A stretch of DNA of 64,000 nt, from NCBI GenBank assembly GCA_030740155.1, contig JASLXV010000069.1:1-64000 (forward strand), read 5' to 3'. The notes beneath the pieces are model-generated. The model was not told where the DNA came from. It saw only the letters and a program-made list of their open reading frames with translations, and made no database searches. Shown here in pieces: positions 29,881 through 40,061 of the stretch. Every line of letters starts with the position of its first letter. Within the stretch, counting starts at the first letter, position 1. This DNA is from Dehalococcoidia bacterium. Lineage in GTDB: Bacteria; Chloroflexota; Dehalococcoidia; Lucifugimonadales; UBA3495. Both the position numbers and the translations under genes were made by a program.

Positions 29881-30297
29881 TCAGGGCGAATCCTGCGCCG
29901 GCCGCCACTTGTAGACCGCCCTTTCGGTGTCTCCCTCGCCGGCCTTAACGGGCTGCAGGGCTAGTTCGACCGCCATCCCGATTCTCAGGGCGGTTTCCGG
30001 GCAGTCAATCAGCTCGGCCAGCACCTGGGGGCCCTCGGGCAGTTCGACCTGTCCCAAGACGTAGGGAACCGGCCCCGGCCAACCTGGCGACGGAACCCGA
30101 ACCACGGTGTAGCTGTACAGGGTCCCCTGCTTGCTCAGCTCGACCGGCTCCAACTCGACTGAGGTACACCCCTGGCAGTAGATTGCCGGCCCGAAGACGT
30201 GGCCCCCGCAGTCCCGGCAGCGGAACCCCAGGAGGACACCCTGGGTCCCCTCTTCGTTGGTGAGCTTCAAGCGGTTGATGTCGACGGAAACAGGCAT
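29881..30297 (-). CDS. DUF35-type Zn-ribbon/OB-fold protein (thiolase partner)
   Basis: CRDCG...CQGC, GTLYSYTVV, LRIGMAVEL; adjacent to the thiolase. Confidence 0.88.
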   Translation of the reverse strand: MPVSVDINRLKLTNEEGTQGVLLGFRCRDCGGHVFGPAIYCQGCTSVELEPVELSKQGTLYSYTVVRVPSPGWPGPVPYVLGQVELPEGPQVLAELIDCPETALRIGMAVELALQPVKAGEGDTERAVYKWRPAQDSP

Positions 30298-30522
30298 AGG
30301 CTTGGCGGTCTCCTTTGCGCTGGGAATTTCAGCTTAAACCGGCCGCTGGGGAGTGTCAACCCGGGTTTCCGACCCCCATTGACCAGCTTTGTCCCACATG
30401 GTAGGTTTGGGGTTGCCGAAAAAGCGCTAGTCCGCAGCTTCACGACGCCACGGAGGCTACATGGTTTCTCGGTGTCCCCCTGTCTCTGTGGCCAAATGTA
30501 TTATTGGCTGGCAGGAACCGGT

Positions 30523-32166
30523 ATGAGCGACGCGACGGCGCCCGTGGCTTCCGGGGGTGGAAGCTCCTGGGAAATGACCCTGGGAGAGTTCCTGGACCTG
30601 GCGGTTGCCCGGAGCCCGGACAAGCTCTGCCTGGAAATCTCCGGACAGAGTTTTACCTACGCCCAGCTATGGCGGAAGGCGCTGGAAACCGCCGGCATGT
30701 TCCAGTCGATGGGCGTTGGAAAGGGAGATAGGGTATGCCTTCTCCTGCCCAACTGTCCCGAGTTCCTATTCTGCTGGTTCGGCTTGTCGGCCCTGGGCGC
30801 CATCAGCATACCCATCAACACCGCCTACAAGCGGGACGAGACGGCCTACATCCTGAACGACGCTGGCGCCAAGGCCCTGGTTGCCCACGACTCGTTGCTG
30901 GACGTGGCCCGGCAGGCGGCCCTTCTCGCCTCCAGCGTGCAATACCGGCTGGTGGTTGGAGGCGATCCCGCGATACAACAGGAGGAACCGGGCTGGACCG
31001 GTTTCTCTGACGCCTTGTCGAAATCCGACGTGCTGGCGGCGCGGCCGGAGGTCTCTCCGCAAGATATCTCGATGCTGGTGTACACGTCGGGCACCACCGG
31101 CAACCCCAAAGGGGTCATGGTGACCCATCAAATGTATGTGGCCGCCGGCCAGGGGTTCGCCCATTGGACCCAGGCCAATCCCGAGGACCGGTTCTTCACC
31201 TGCCTGCCCTACTACCACGCCAACATCCAGTACTACTCCACCATGGGGTCTCTGGCGGCAGGGGCCACATTAGTAGTGGCCGACCGGTTCAGCGCCTCCC
31301 GCTTCTGGGGCCAGGTCCGGGAAGCCAGGGCGACCGTTGTCAACTTCATCGGCATGATGATGCCGGTGCTGGCCAAGCAGCCCGAGTCGCCCGCCGACCG
31401 GCAGAACTCGGTCCGGCTATTCTACGGTTCCCCCGCAGCCTCTCCCGAGTTTCTGGAGGTCTTCCAGGAAAGGTTCGGCACCAACATCATCGTCGGCTTC
31501 GGCATGACCGAGACCTGCTTCGGCACCATCGAACGCATCGGAGAGCCGCGCCGCCCCCGCTCGTCGGGGCAGGCGCGGCAGCACCCCGACCCTAGCTTCG
31601 TCAACCAGGTACGCCTATCTGACCCCGAAACCGGCGTCGCGGTGGGCCTCAACGCCGTGGGCGAGATCACCATCAAGAACCCGGCGGTGATGCCCGGCTA
31701 CTGGCGCAACGAGGAGCAGACGCGCTTGGCCCTGCGCGATGGCTGGCTTTACACCGGAGACTTGGGCTGGATGGACGAGGGCGGCTTCCTCTACTTCGTC
31801 GACCGGAAGAAGGACATCATCCGGCGGAGAGGCGAGAACATCTCCTCCCAAGAGGTAGAGAACGTGATCAAGCGCCTCCCCGACGTTCTGGACTGCGCGG
31901 TTTTGGCCGTTCCCTCGGAGCTGGGGGAAGACGAGGTCAAGGTTTACGTGGTGCCCAGGCCCGGCACCACTGTCAAGCCGGAGGATGTGGTCTATTGGTG
32001 CGCCGAACACCTGGCCTACTTCAAGGTCCCCCGGTACGTGGAGATGCGGGACGACCTGCCCCACACCCCCAGCCTCCGGGTTCGCAAAGACCTGTTGCGA
32101 CAGGAGCGGGAAGACCTCATTAAGGGCTGCTTTGACCGGGAGGCGGCCGGGATTCGCCTTCGCTGA
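30523..32166 (+). CDS. AMP-binding acyl-CoA ligase (CaiC-like)
   Basis: YTSGTTGNPKG, GFGMTE, YTGDLG, RRRGENISS, FKVPRY. Confidence 0.92.
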   Translation: MSDATAPVASGGGSSWEMTLGEFLDLAVARSPDKLCLEISGQSFTYAQLWRKALETAGMFQSMGVGKGDRVCLLLPNCPEFLFCWFGLSALGAISIPINTAYKRDETAYILNDAGAKALVAHDSLLDVARQAALLASSVQYRLVVGGDPAIQQEEPGWTGFSDALSKSDVLAARPEVSPQDISMLVYTSGTTGNPKGVMVTHQMYVAAGQGFAHWTQANPEDRFFTCLPYYHANIQYYSTMGSLAAGATLVVADRFSASRFWGQVREARATVVNFIGMMMPVLAKQPESPADRQNSVRLFYGSPAASPEFLEVFQERFGTNIIVGFGMTETCFGTIERIGEPRRPRSSGQARQHPDPSFVNQVRLSDPETGVAVGLNAVGEITIKNPAVMPGYWRNEEQTRLALRDGWLYTGDLGWMDEGGFLYFVDRKKDIIRRRGENISSQEVENVIKRLPDVLDCAVLAVPSELGEDEVKVYVVPRPGTTVKPEDVVYWCAEHLAYFKVPRYVEMRDDLPHTPSLRVRKDLLRQEREDLIKGCFDREAAGIRLR

Positions 32167-32318
32167 GCCGATCGTGCCGCCTTCAGCCACCCTCGGACAA
32201 CCCGGCTCGGCAGGCGCCCAGCGGCGGCTACTGGCTGAAAGCTGATCGCAGACCGCTCCGAGCGCGAACCTGCCGGAGCGACTAGAAAGAAAAGAGAAGT
32301 ACCTGAAGGAGGAAGGAA

Positions 32319-33128
32319 ATGCCTGACTACAGCTATGAGACCCTTCTGGTGGAGAAGACAGACAATATCCTGACCATCACGCTGAACCGCCCGGAGCGCC
32401 TCAACGCGATCAATGAAACCATGCACCACGAGCTGGAAAACGTGTTTGCCGCGGTTGGCGTGGACCCGGAGATATGCGCCGTGGTGGTGACGGGGTCCGG
32501 CCGGGGCTTTTGCTCCGGCGGCGACGTCCGGGCCATGGACGAAAGGGGCGGCGCCATCGCCCTCGCGAACCGGCCCCTGGGCGCCGTCTCCCAGAGCGGC
32601 CGGCGCCTCTTCCACAACATGCTGTGGGTGGAGCAGCCGGTGATATGCGCCCTCAACGGCGTGGCCGCCGGCCTCGGGGCGACCATCGCCCTGTTCTGCG
32701 ACATCGTCTACGCCTCGGACCGGGCCCGGATCGGCGACACCCACGTCCGCGCCGGACTGGTGGCGGGCGACGGCGGCGCGGTCGTCTGGCCCCTGCTCAT
32801 CGGCATGTCCAAGGCCAAGGAGCTGCTCATGACCGGGGACATCATCGACGCTCAGGAAGCGGAGCGCATCGGGCTGATCAACAAGGTAGTCCCCCACGAT
32901 GAGTTGATGGAGACCGTCATGGAGCTGGCCCAACGCCTGGCCTCCGGCCCCGCCCTCGCCGTGCGGGCTACCAAGCACACGCTGAACAAGAAGCTGTGGA
33001 ATGACCTCAATCTGATGCTGGACCTGGGCCTGTCCTTGGAGGAGCGAAGCTCTCGCCATGAGGACCACAAGGAAGCGGCCCGGGCCTTCGTGGAGAAGAG
33101 GACTCCCACGTACAAGGGGACGATCTAG
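32319..33128 (+). CDS. Enoyl-CoA hydratase/isomerase family protein
   Basis: LNRPERLNA, FCSGGD, NGVAAGLG, AGDGG. Confidence 0.92.
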   Translation: MPDYSYETLLVEKTDNILTITLNRPERLNAINETMHHELENVFAAVGVDPEICAVVVTGSGRGFCSGGDVRAMDERGGAIALANRPLGAVSQSGRRLFHNMLWVEQPVICALNGVAAGLGATIALFCDIVYASDRARIGDTHVRAGLVAGDGGAVVWPLLIGMSKAKELLMTGDIIDAQEAERIGLINKVVPHDELMETVMELAQRLASGPALAVRATKHTLNKKLWNDLNLMLDLGLSLEERSSRHEDHKEAARAFVEKRTPTYKGTI

Positions 33129-33306
33129 CCGTCAGTTAGGATGCACCGGCTCATCGCCCGCCCGGCCCGGTCTACGAGCGCTCCGGAACGGGTGGTGGGA
33201 AAACCGGGTGTCGAATAGTGAATCGGCCAATTTTACGGCGGACTCCGCGCGGTTCGTGGATTTGAGGTAACCCAGGCGGAGGCGCCCGCGAAATAGAGGA
33301 GACGAT

Positions 33307-34257
33307 ATGGAAACCGTTGGGTTTATCGGCCTGGGGAATATGGGGGGCGGAATGGCCGCCAATATCCAGAAGGCAGGGTACCCCATGGTGGTCTACGACC
33401 TCCGCGAGGAGGCCACCCGGCCTTTCCTGGAGAATGGGGCCCGCCTGGCTAACTCTCCTTCAGAGATCGCCGGACTCTGTGACGTCGTTCTTACGTCGTT
33501 GCCCGGACCCCGGGAAGTGGAGGAGGTGGCCGTCGGACGGGAGGGGTTGCTGGAGGCGATCAAGCCGGGCGCAATATTCATCGAGCTTTCCACCAGCCGT
33601 CCGACGCTCATTCGGGAGATCGAGCCCCGGTTCCGGCAGAAGGGCGCCCACGTGCTGGACGCGCCCATCAGCGGCGGCAAGACCGGGGCGGCGTCCGGGA
33701 ATCTGGCGGTAATGGTGGGTGGTGAGCGGGAGGTGTTTGACCGAATGAAACCCTTGCTGGACTCCTTCGGTGACAAGGTGTTCTATGCCGGGGAGATCGG
33801 CGCCGGCAGCGTGGCCAAGCTGGTCCACAACATGATCGGCCATGGGGTGAAGCAGGCCATCGCCGAAGGGATGACCCTCGGCGTCAAGGCCGGCGTGGAC
33901 GCTGAGGCCCTCTGGGAGTGCGTGCGCCGAGGCTCGCTGGGCCGAATGCGCGTTCTCCACGAGGGAATTGCCAAGACGATGTTCCGTGGCGAGTACGAGC
34001 CGCCCAGCTTCGCGCTGGCCCTGTCGCGCAAAGACATCGGGCTGGCGACCGAGTTGGGCCGGGAGTTCAACGTGCCGATGCCGGTGGCCAACCTCGCCGA
34101 ACAGATCGTCGTACAAGCCCTGAACCGGGGATGGGGCGACCTGGACAGCAGCGCCACCTTCATGCTTCAGGAGGAGAGCGCCGGCGTAGAGGTGCGGGCG
34201 CCGCACGTGGACCCAGCAAAGGCGGGCCGGTTCATCTCGACCAACCCCGACGCCTGA
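33307..34257 (+). CDS. NAD(P)-dependent beta-hydroxyacid dehydrogenase (3-hydroxyisobutyrate DH family)
   Basis: GFIGLGNMG, DAPISGG, KLVHN, KD. Confidence 0.92.
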   Translation: METVGFIGLGNMGGGMAANIQKAGYPMVVYDLREEATRPFLENGARLANSPSEIAGLCDVVLTSLPGPREVEEVAVGREGLLEAIKPGAIFIELSTSRPTLIREIEPRFRQKGAHVLDAPISGGKTGAASGNLAVMVGGEREVFDRMKPLLDSFGDKVFYAGEIGAGSVAKLVHNMIGHGVKQAIAEGMTLGVKAGVDAEALWECVRRGSLGRMRVLHEGIAKTMFRGEYEPPSFALALSRKDIGLATELGREFNVPMPVANLAEQIVVQALNRGWGDLDSSATFMLQEESAGVEVRAPHVDPAKAGRFISTNPDA

Positions 34258-34309
34258 GCGCTCCGGTCACTCGCCCCGGCCCATCAGCTCCAAAAAGGCC
34301 GATCACGCT

Positions 34310-34788
34310 CCTTCGACAAGCTCAGGATGAACGGATTTCCCCCAAGCTCACCACGAGCGGTTCCTCCCAGCTCGCGGTGACTTCAGGGCAAACAGGTTCC
34401 TCCCCGTTCGTGGTGGGTTCAGGGCAGACGGATATTCCCCGTTCGTGGTGAGCTTGTCGAACCACGGTGGCCGACAATTGTGTGGTCTCCAATTCTCTGC
34501 AATATATGTTCCAACTTCTTGCTAGCCACCGCGAGTCACCGCGAGAGGGCGTTGCCCCAAGCCAGTCATTCCTCCGCAAGTGTCATGTTGAGCCGGCCGC
34601 AGCGGCAAAGCATCTGGGCAGAGATTCTCCTCCGCCTCCCCGGATCCCTCGGCCTTCCCGCGAAGGACTCGGGATGACAGGGCAACGCCCATTTTCGTCG
34701 GCCGTGGTGCCCCATACAATCGGGGCATGAACGGTTCCGAGGAGCGAAACTACACCGTCATTCCGAGGAGCGAAGCGACGAGGAATCT
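34310..34788. repeat. Cluster of REP-like palindromic elements
   Basis: TTCGACAAGCTCA (34312) is inverted with TGAGCTTGTCGAA (34449), with internal CCGTTCGTGGTG repeats. Also TGTCATG...GGGATGACA (34581-34679) and GTCATTCCGAGGAGCGAAGCGACGAGGAATCT (34757). Confidence 0.7.
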
Positions 34789-34849
34789 GGTGCGGGGTTC
34801 GTCCATTGCAGCCTGGACCCGCCACCCCAGGCCCATCGCATCACTCAGG

Positions 34850-34886
34850 AAACCAAAGAGGCCCGGCGAAGAGCCGGGCCTCAAAA
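34850..34886 (-). terminator. Intrinsic terminator after the tubulin-like operon
   Basis: 10-bp stem GAGGCCCGGC/GCCGGGCCTC, followed on the minus strand by TTTGGTTT. Confidence 0.7.
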
Positions 34887-34907
34887 GCAGTTGCCGTTTT
34901 ACGTCGA

Positions 34908-36491
34908 TCAGCTCACGGGGGGATGATACTCCGGAATCACCCCATCGGCGATGACGCCCAACTCTTTCCACAGCCCGTGGAGCAATATCTGGTCGCTGGG
35001 CAGCCCATTAGAGACACGGGGTATCAGCTCTTCACGGCTATCCCGCATGGCCTTGAGGTCTTCGTCGATCAACTCGATTATGGCATTCCTCACCCCGGTA
35101 TCGGTGCCGATATCAGGGTAGAGTTTCCAGCACTCGGCGGTCACGCTCTTCAGCCACTCGCTTTGGGTGGAACTAGCGCCCCTGTTCTCCGCGAAGTGCC
35201 AGGCGTACCATGCGGTCACCATCTCACGAAACATCGTGAGGTCTTCGGCCGGCGCACCCACTATCGACATCTGGACGTCGAATCGGTGGTTGTCTCCGGG
35301 ATGGCCCTCTACCGCCGCGAACTTGCGCCCGCCTCCCAGGCCCCTCAAGACGATATCGTGGACGTTGGAAGCGGTGATGCCAACGCCCGAAGCCGAGTCA
35401 ACGTGACCCACTCCTACTTCCCCAACCCTCCACAGCTTCTGCTCCATCGCGGAGGCGCCCCGGTGCATGTCAGCCAGCAGTTCGCCCAGGTCCTCGCCGA
35501 ACCGCGCCCCATGGGAGATGATGGAAAGGAATCCGGCCTCCAGCGATACATTATCCTGAATCTTCTGAGACATTGACTCGGCGAGAAGGTCCTCTAATTG
35601 TTGCAGGCCCACACGGTTGGTGCCATACACGGACACTCCCGCAAGGGCGCGCCGGACACTCTCTGCTACGTCGAACGCATCGCTGTTGCTAAGTTGGAAC
35701 CTGTCCAGAATCCGATGGGCAATGGCCAACGCCTGCTCTCCCCGCAGCAGGTTCCTCACGGTGGGATCTTCGCTCTCAAAGGACCATAACTCAGGATTGG
35801 TCACCTCTTGGAAGAGGCCACCGCCCAGGCTTGCACGCTTCCGCAGCGCCGGTGTGACCTCGTACCACGATGACAGGTATTCCTTGATCTCAGCTTCCAT
35901 TGCCTCCACAATTTCGGCCACGTGGTTCTGGCAAAGGTCCTCCAGCCAGTAGCCCATCTGGGTTTTCCATCGTGGGAGGCGCTTCCGCCGGTCCGCGGGG
36001 TCTACCAGGTCATTGTAGGAATGCTCCGCAGTTTGGGGCAATTCACGCCGGAAGGTGCGAGTAGAGAGGTTCTCCCACCTCTTGACGGAAGGCTCTTGAT
36101 ACGGCGCCTGGATGATGTCATATAGGAAGCGAGTTTCGAGCCTGGTGCGAATCTCGCGGCTGAGTTCGTCTCGCTTGAGGTCGGCAAAACTCTCGGCTCG
36201 CGCTTTCTCGTTCCGGATTTGGCCGTTAGCCTCAAGGATCAGATGGTTGCTGATGTTCCCTTCCGGGCTCAGCTGCTCGAATACCAGCTGAACAGCCTTG
36301 CCAACCTCTTCCATGGCGCCATGCATCACCGAGTTCAGTTGCGCGAGGACATCCTGAGAACTGGCCCCGCTCGTCTCCGGAGTCAAGAAATCCAGGGGGT
36401 CCATTGTTTGAAGCATCCGGGTGGACGCCTCGAAGAAAGATTCTCGCTTCCGTGGCACCTTTAACTTGTTGAACAATCGTCCTATTCCCAT
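34908..36491 (-). CDS. Hypothetical 527-aa helical protein, partner of the tubulin-like protein
   Basis: Long acidic, helix-rich ORF starting 6 nt after, and in frame with, the tubulin-like ORF. No recognised motif. Confidence 0.8.
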   Translation of the reverse strand: MGIGRLFNKLKVPRKRESFFEASTRMLQTMDPLDFLTPETSGASSQDVLAQLNSVMHGAMEEVGKAVQLVFEQLSPEGNISNHLILEANGQIRNEKARAESFADLKRDELSREIRTRLETRFLYDIIQAPYQEPSVKRWENLSTRTFRRELPQTAEHSYNDLVDPADRRKRLPRWKTQMGYWLEDLCQNHVAEIVEAMEAEIKEYLSSWYEVTPALRKRASLGGGLFQEVTNPELWSFESEDPTVRNLLRGEQALAIAHRILDRFQLSNSDAFDVAESVRRALAGVSVYGTNRVGLQQLEDLLAESMSQKIQDNVSLEAGFLSIISHGARFGEDLGELLADMHRGASAMEQKLWRVGEVGVGHVDSASGVGITASNVHDIVLRGLGGGRKFAAVEGHPGDNHRFDVQMSIVGAPAEDLTMFREMVTAWYAWHFAENRGASSTQSEWLKSVTAECWKLYPDIGTDTGVRNAIIELIDEDLKAMRDSREELIPRVSNGLPSDQILLHGLWKELGVIADGVIPEYHPPVS

Positions 36492-36497
36492 AATTCT

Positions 36498-37538
36498 CTA
36501 CCTGTACCCGGAATTCCACTTGGTCTGAAGGTATTGGCGTGCCGTCAGGTTGAAAAAGCCTTCTAAGAGACCGACTTCCTTGGAGCAGATGGAGCCAAAC
36601 CGGGCGTCCACCTTGTTGTTGGCCTCTCTCATGGTTTCGTGGTAGCGGGCCCACCAGTCTGATCCCGTCCCCCATGATTCGCCGACCAGTGTTTCCAGGA
36701 CCCGGGCGATGTGGGCCCGCTGCGCGGGGAGAGAATCTTTGGGCGACCGGTGCATCAACGCGATGTCGAAATGGGGCCCTGTCGCCTGGATCTTCTTGTC
36801 GGGGTAGACGGTGACGTAGAAGGTGTCCGACCCGGTATGTCTTCCATCACCCACGGATACCCCGGTCGCGGCGCGAAGGAACTGTATCGTGGAGTAAGCA
36901 TTTCTCAACTGGAGGGGATAGCTGTTGTCCGGGTCTCTGGACATGCCCCTCTGGGGCACCAACAGATGGAGGACCACGCTGAAGTTGTAGGCGGTCCCCC
37001 TGGCCTCGGAGAGGGCCGCCAGCAGGACCGGTAGCGCGCCGATGGTCCCACCACCAAGGAAGCCTATCACATGGACCCTCAGGTAAGTCTTCCCCTCGTA
37101 GTAGGGGCACACTTCCCCAATCATCGCGTCTAGGTGTCCCCTCATCGCCGCGTAGTTGTACCGGGCGGCAACACCGGCGTTGGCCAGCATCCCCAGCGCG
37201 CCCTCCCGGGAGAGGCTGAGGTTCTTCAACTCCGGCACGCACTCGGTAATCCAGGGCCGCATATCCCGCAGATTGGAAAAATGGGGAAGCGTCAGGGGGA
37301 TGAAACGCGACGCCCTGGAGATTTCGTCACGAGTGGCCTCCCTGGTGTCCATGTACAGGAACCCCAGGGATTTCCTGTCGTTCAGGCTCCAGCTCTTGGT
37401 GATGTCTTCTAACTGTCTCCCGACTTGGCACGCTGTCGAGCCCAGTCCGACGACCACCGCTGGAGATGCAACCCGCTGCGCCGACCTTGTCCCTCCCAAT
37501 TTAGAGAGGAAGGTGCTTCGAATTGCTGAAGTTACCAT
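36498..37538 (-). CDS. Divergent tubulin/FtsZ-superfamily protein (Tubulin_2-like domain)
   Basis: Motifs in family order: PAVVVGLGSTA, FLYMDT, W...GA, VHVIGFLGGGTIG, LLVP, NAYSTIQFL, FD. AGGAGG RBS. Confidence 0.75.
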   Translation of the reverse strand: MVTSAIRSTFLSKLGGTRSAQRVASPAVVVGLGSTACQVGRQLEDITKSWSLNDRKSLGFLYMDTREATRDEISRASRFIPLTLPHFSNLRDMRPWITECVPELKNLSLSREGALGMLANAGVAARYNYAAMRGHLDAMIGEVCPYYEGKTYLRVHVIGFLGGGTIGALPVLLAALSEARGTAYNFSVVLHLLVPQRGMSRDPDNSYPLQLRNAYSTIQFLRAATGVSVGDGRHTGSDTFYVTVYPDKKIQATGPHFDIALMHRSPKDSLPAQRAHIARVLETLVGESWGTGSDWWARYHETMREANNKVDARFGSICSKEVGLLEGFFNLTARQYLQTKWNSGYR

Positions 37539-37629
37539 AGGGCCTCCTGAGCTGTTACCGGCGATGTAATGAACACGGATTCAAATAGGATACCAATACG
37601 AAAACAGCCATGGGTAACATAGCCGTTCA

Positions 37630-37658
37630 ATGATATTCCCTTCTTATATGTGTGTCAA
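37630..37658 (-). promoter_or_regulatory. Sigma70-type promoter of the tubulin-like operon
   Basis: TTGACA-17 nt-TATCAT on the minus strand in an AT-rich intergenic region. Confidence 0.75.
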
Positions 37659-37734
37659 CTTTTGATCTTCTCCCAGCATTAGTCGCCTTTCGGATTGAAA
37701 GCCCGGTAGTTTACATAAATCCGGAGTCAGGCCT

Positions 37735-39408
37735 TTATAGCGCTCCGTCAATGCTCACGTCGATGACGGCGGGCTTCCCGCTGGCGTAGGCCTCGCGCAG
37801 CGCGGGGCCAAGCGCCGCAGGGTCCTCCACTTTTTCTCCGGCCACTCCCATACCCCTGGCGATGGCGGCCAGATCCAGGGGGTTGGCGAATTCCATACCG
37901 GTGTACTCGCTCCGGCGGTCCTGGTCGTCGAGCATGCGGCGCAGGTATATCTCCATGTTGACCTTAAGGATACGGTAGGCCCGGTTATTGCAGATGGCGT
38001 ACACCACCGGAATGTTGTAGCGGGCGGCGGTCCACAAAGCCTGGACAGTGTACAACGATGCGCCATCGCCCACCACCGCCAGCACCGGCCGGTCCGGGTT
38101 GGCCAGCTTGATCCCCAGGGCGCCGGGCATGGCCCAGCCGAGGGCGCCACCCCGGATTCCGTGGAGGTCGCCCGGATGTTCGAAGCTGAATTCCCGCATC
38201 AACGCGGGGCGGGAAGTGACCGACTCGTCGGCGATGATCACATCGGACGGCGAAGCCTGGGCCAGCTCGTGCATCATTCGCTCCACGGGCATGGGCTTCC
38301 GGTCCCACACACTCGCCAGCCGCTGCCGGTATTGCTCTTCAGACCGGCGCTTCTCTTCGGCCCAGGCAGCAGCCCGGGTGGCCGCGGCCTCGAGAGCCGG
38401 GGCGGACATATCTTGGCCCAGGGCGTCGGCCAGCTCTTCCAACCCGGCCGCCGGGTCGGCCAGTATCCCCACCTCGGTCGGGTACGTCTTCTCCAGCTCC
38501 CAGGAATCATTGTCCAGGTGAATCAGCTTGGTGGCCGGGCCAAGGAAGGGGTCCGGTACGTATAGGAAGGACGAGAACACGTTGGCGCCGACGGCCAGCA
38601 CCACGTCTACGCCGTCGAATTGGCGACGGGTGGACGGGGAGTTCAGATTCAACATGCCCCCGTAGAGGTCGTGGCTGGTGGGAAAGTTGACTTCCGTTAG
38701 AGTGGCGGCATACACCTTGGCTCCGAGCTGCTCCGCCACCCGGACCACCTGGGACACCGCCCCCGAGTGGGCCACCCGGTCCCCCACCACGATGATGGGA
38801 TTCTCGGCCTGGGCCAGGATTTGGGACGCCCGGGCCACCGCGGCCGTGTCCGGGCGGGTGCGATAGTACCCCTGCGAAGAGGGGATGATCTCCACGTCGG
38901 CCGTCTCGTCCATGGAATCCCAGGGCAAGGAGAGGAACACCGGGCCGGTGGGCGGCGTTTTGGCCTCTTTGAAGGCACGCCGCAAGGCCATGGGAACCTC
39001 TGATGCGTGGAGAATCTCGGCGCTCCACTTGGTGTATTGGGCCGCCATCTGCACCAGGTTACCGGATAGCACCGGCTCGGTCAGGAACATCCTCGAGTCC
39101 GAGTTTCCTGCGGTCAAGACCAGGGGCGTGCCGCCTTTGAAGGCGTTGTACAGGCCGCTGATGCCGTTGGCGAGGCCTCCGGCGATATGAACGTTGGCGA
39201 AGCTGGGGCGTCCAGTAGCCCGGGCGTAGCCGTCGGCCATGCCCACGGCGCTCCCTTCCTGCAACGCCTGAACATACCTGAGCTGCCGGAAGTCTTGCAG
39301 GACATCCAACAGCGGCGATTCGCTGGTGCCAGGGTTTCCGAATATGTACTCCACCCCTTCAGCGAGGAGCATCTGGGCCAGGGCATGTTTCCCAGACATT
39401 ATCGGCAT
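37735..39408 (-). CDS. TPP-dependent enzyme (benzoylformate decarboxylase-like)
   Basis: FGNPGTSE, QEGSAVGMADGYA, GGALGW, GDGASLY...NNRAY. Confidence 0.9.
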   Translation of the reverse strand: MPIMSGKHALAQMLLAEGVEYIFGNPGTSESPLLDVLQDFRQLRYVQALQEGSAVGMADGYARATGRPSFANVHIAGGLANGISGLYNAFKGGTPLVLTAGNSDSRMFLTEPVLSGNLVQMAAQYTKWSAEILHASEVPMALRRAFKEAKTPPTGPVFLSLPWDSMDETADVEIIPSSQGYYRTRPDTAAVARASQILAQAENPIIVVGDRVAHSGAVSQVVRVAEQLGAKVYAATLTEVNFPTSHDLYGGMLNLNSPSTRRQFDGVDVVLAVGANVFSSFLYVPDPFLGPATKLIHLDNDSWELEKTYPTEVGILADPAAGLEELADALGQDMSAPALEAAATRAAAWAEEKRRSEEQYRQRLASVWDRKPMPVERMMHELAQASPSDVIIADESVTSRPALMREFSFEHPGDLHGIRGGALGWAMPGALGIKLANPDRPVLAVVGDGASLYTVQALWTAARYNIPVVYAICNNRAYRILKVNMEIYLRRMLDDQDRRSEYTGMEFANPLDLAAIARGMGVAGEKVEDPAALGPALREAYASGKPAVIDVSIDGAL

Positions 39409-39478
39409 CTTTAATAGATCCTTTCCTTGCAATTATCGGCCGGCGCCCGGCCATAATATGTCGTTTGATAGCTGATAG

Positions 39479-39892
39479 CTATTTGTCCTGGTAGATCATC
39501 CACTCCAGCAGGTTCTGGTCCGGGTCCCGCGCGTATAGGCTCAGAGAGGGGTGCCCGCCGCCGCCGCGGGCGCCCCGGCGGGCCACCGGGCCTTGGATGA
39601 CCTCCACCCCGGCCTTCTTCAGCATCTCCTGGCACTCCTCCACCGTTCCGTCCCAGACAAAGCAGATGTCGGTGCAGCCGGGCACCGCGGTCGGTCCCCG
39701 CAGGCCGGCGGTGAAACCCTCGGGGTGGATGTTGATCTTGGAGTCTCCGACCCGGACGGAGAAGATGTGCACCTTGCCGGCGCGCCACTCCTCTTCGTCG
39801 TTGATGGAAAAGCCGACCCGCTTGTAGAACTCGATCAGGCGCTCCGCATTTGTGGTTGGCATGGCAATGTGGTCGATGCTTACCGTTCCCAT
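39479..39892 (-). CDS. VOC family protein
   Basis: IDHIAM...FY, DICF, LYARDPDQNLLE. Confidence 0.85.
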   Translation of the reverse strand: MGTVSIDHIAMPTTNAERLIEFYKRVGFSINDEEEWRAGKVHIFSVRVGDSKINIHPEGFTAGLRGPTAVPGCTDICFVWDGTVEECQEMLKKAGVEVIQGPVARRGARGGGGHPSLSLYARDPDQNLLEWMIYQDK

Positions 39893-40061
39893 CTTGGACC
39901 TCCTTCCATCCTTAACCGCCCATCCTCAACTGCGGGCCTATACTGTCGCCGATCGATTACTCGATGCGCTGATGGGAATGCTCAATCCAGGGCATCGAGG
40001 TTGGGGGAAATCCCCCTGTATCCCCCTTTACCAAAGGGGGACGGAAGGGACTTCCTCGTGG

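Noticed and set aside
34310..34788. Repeat cluster as a CRISPR array
   Set aside because: The repeats are degenerate, inverted and irregularly spaced, with no constant repeat-spacer period and no cas genes.
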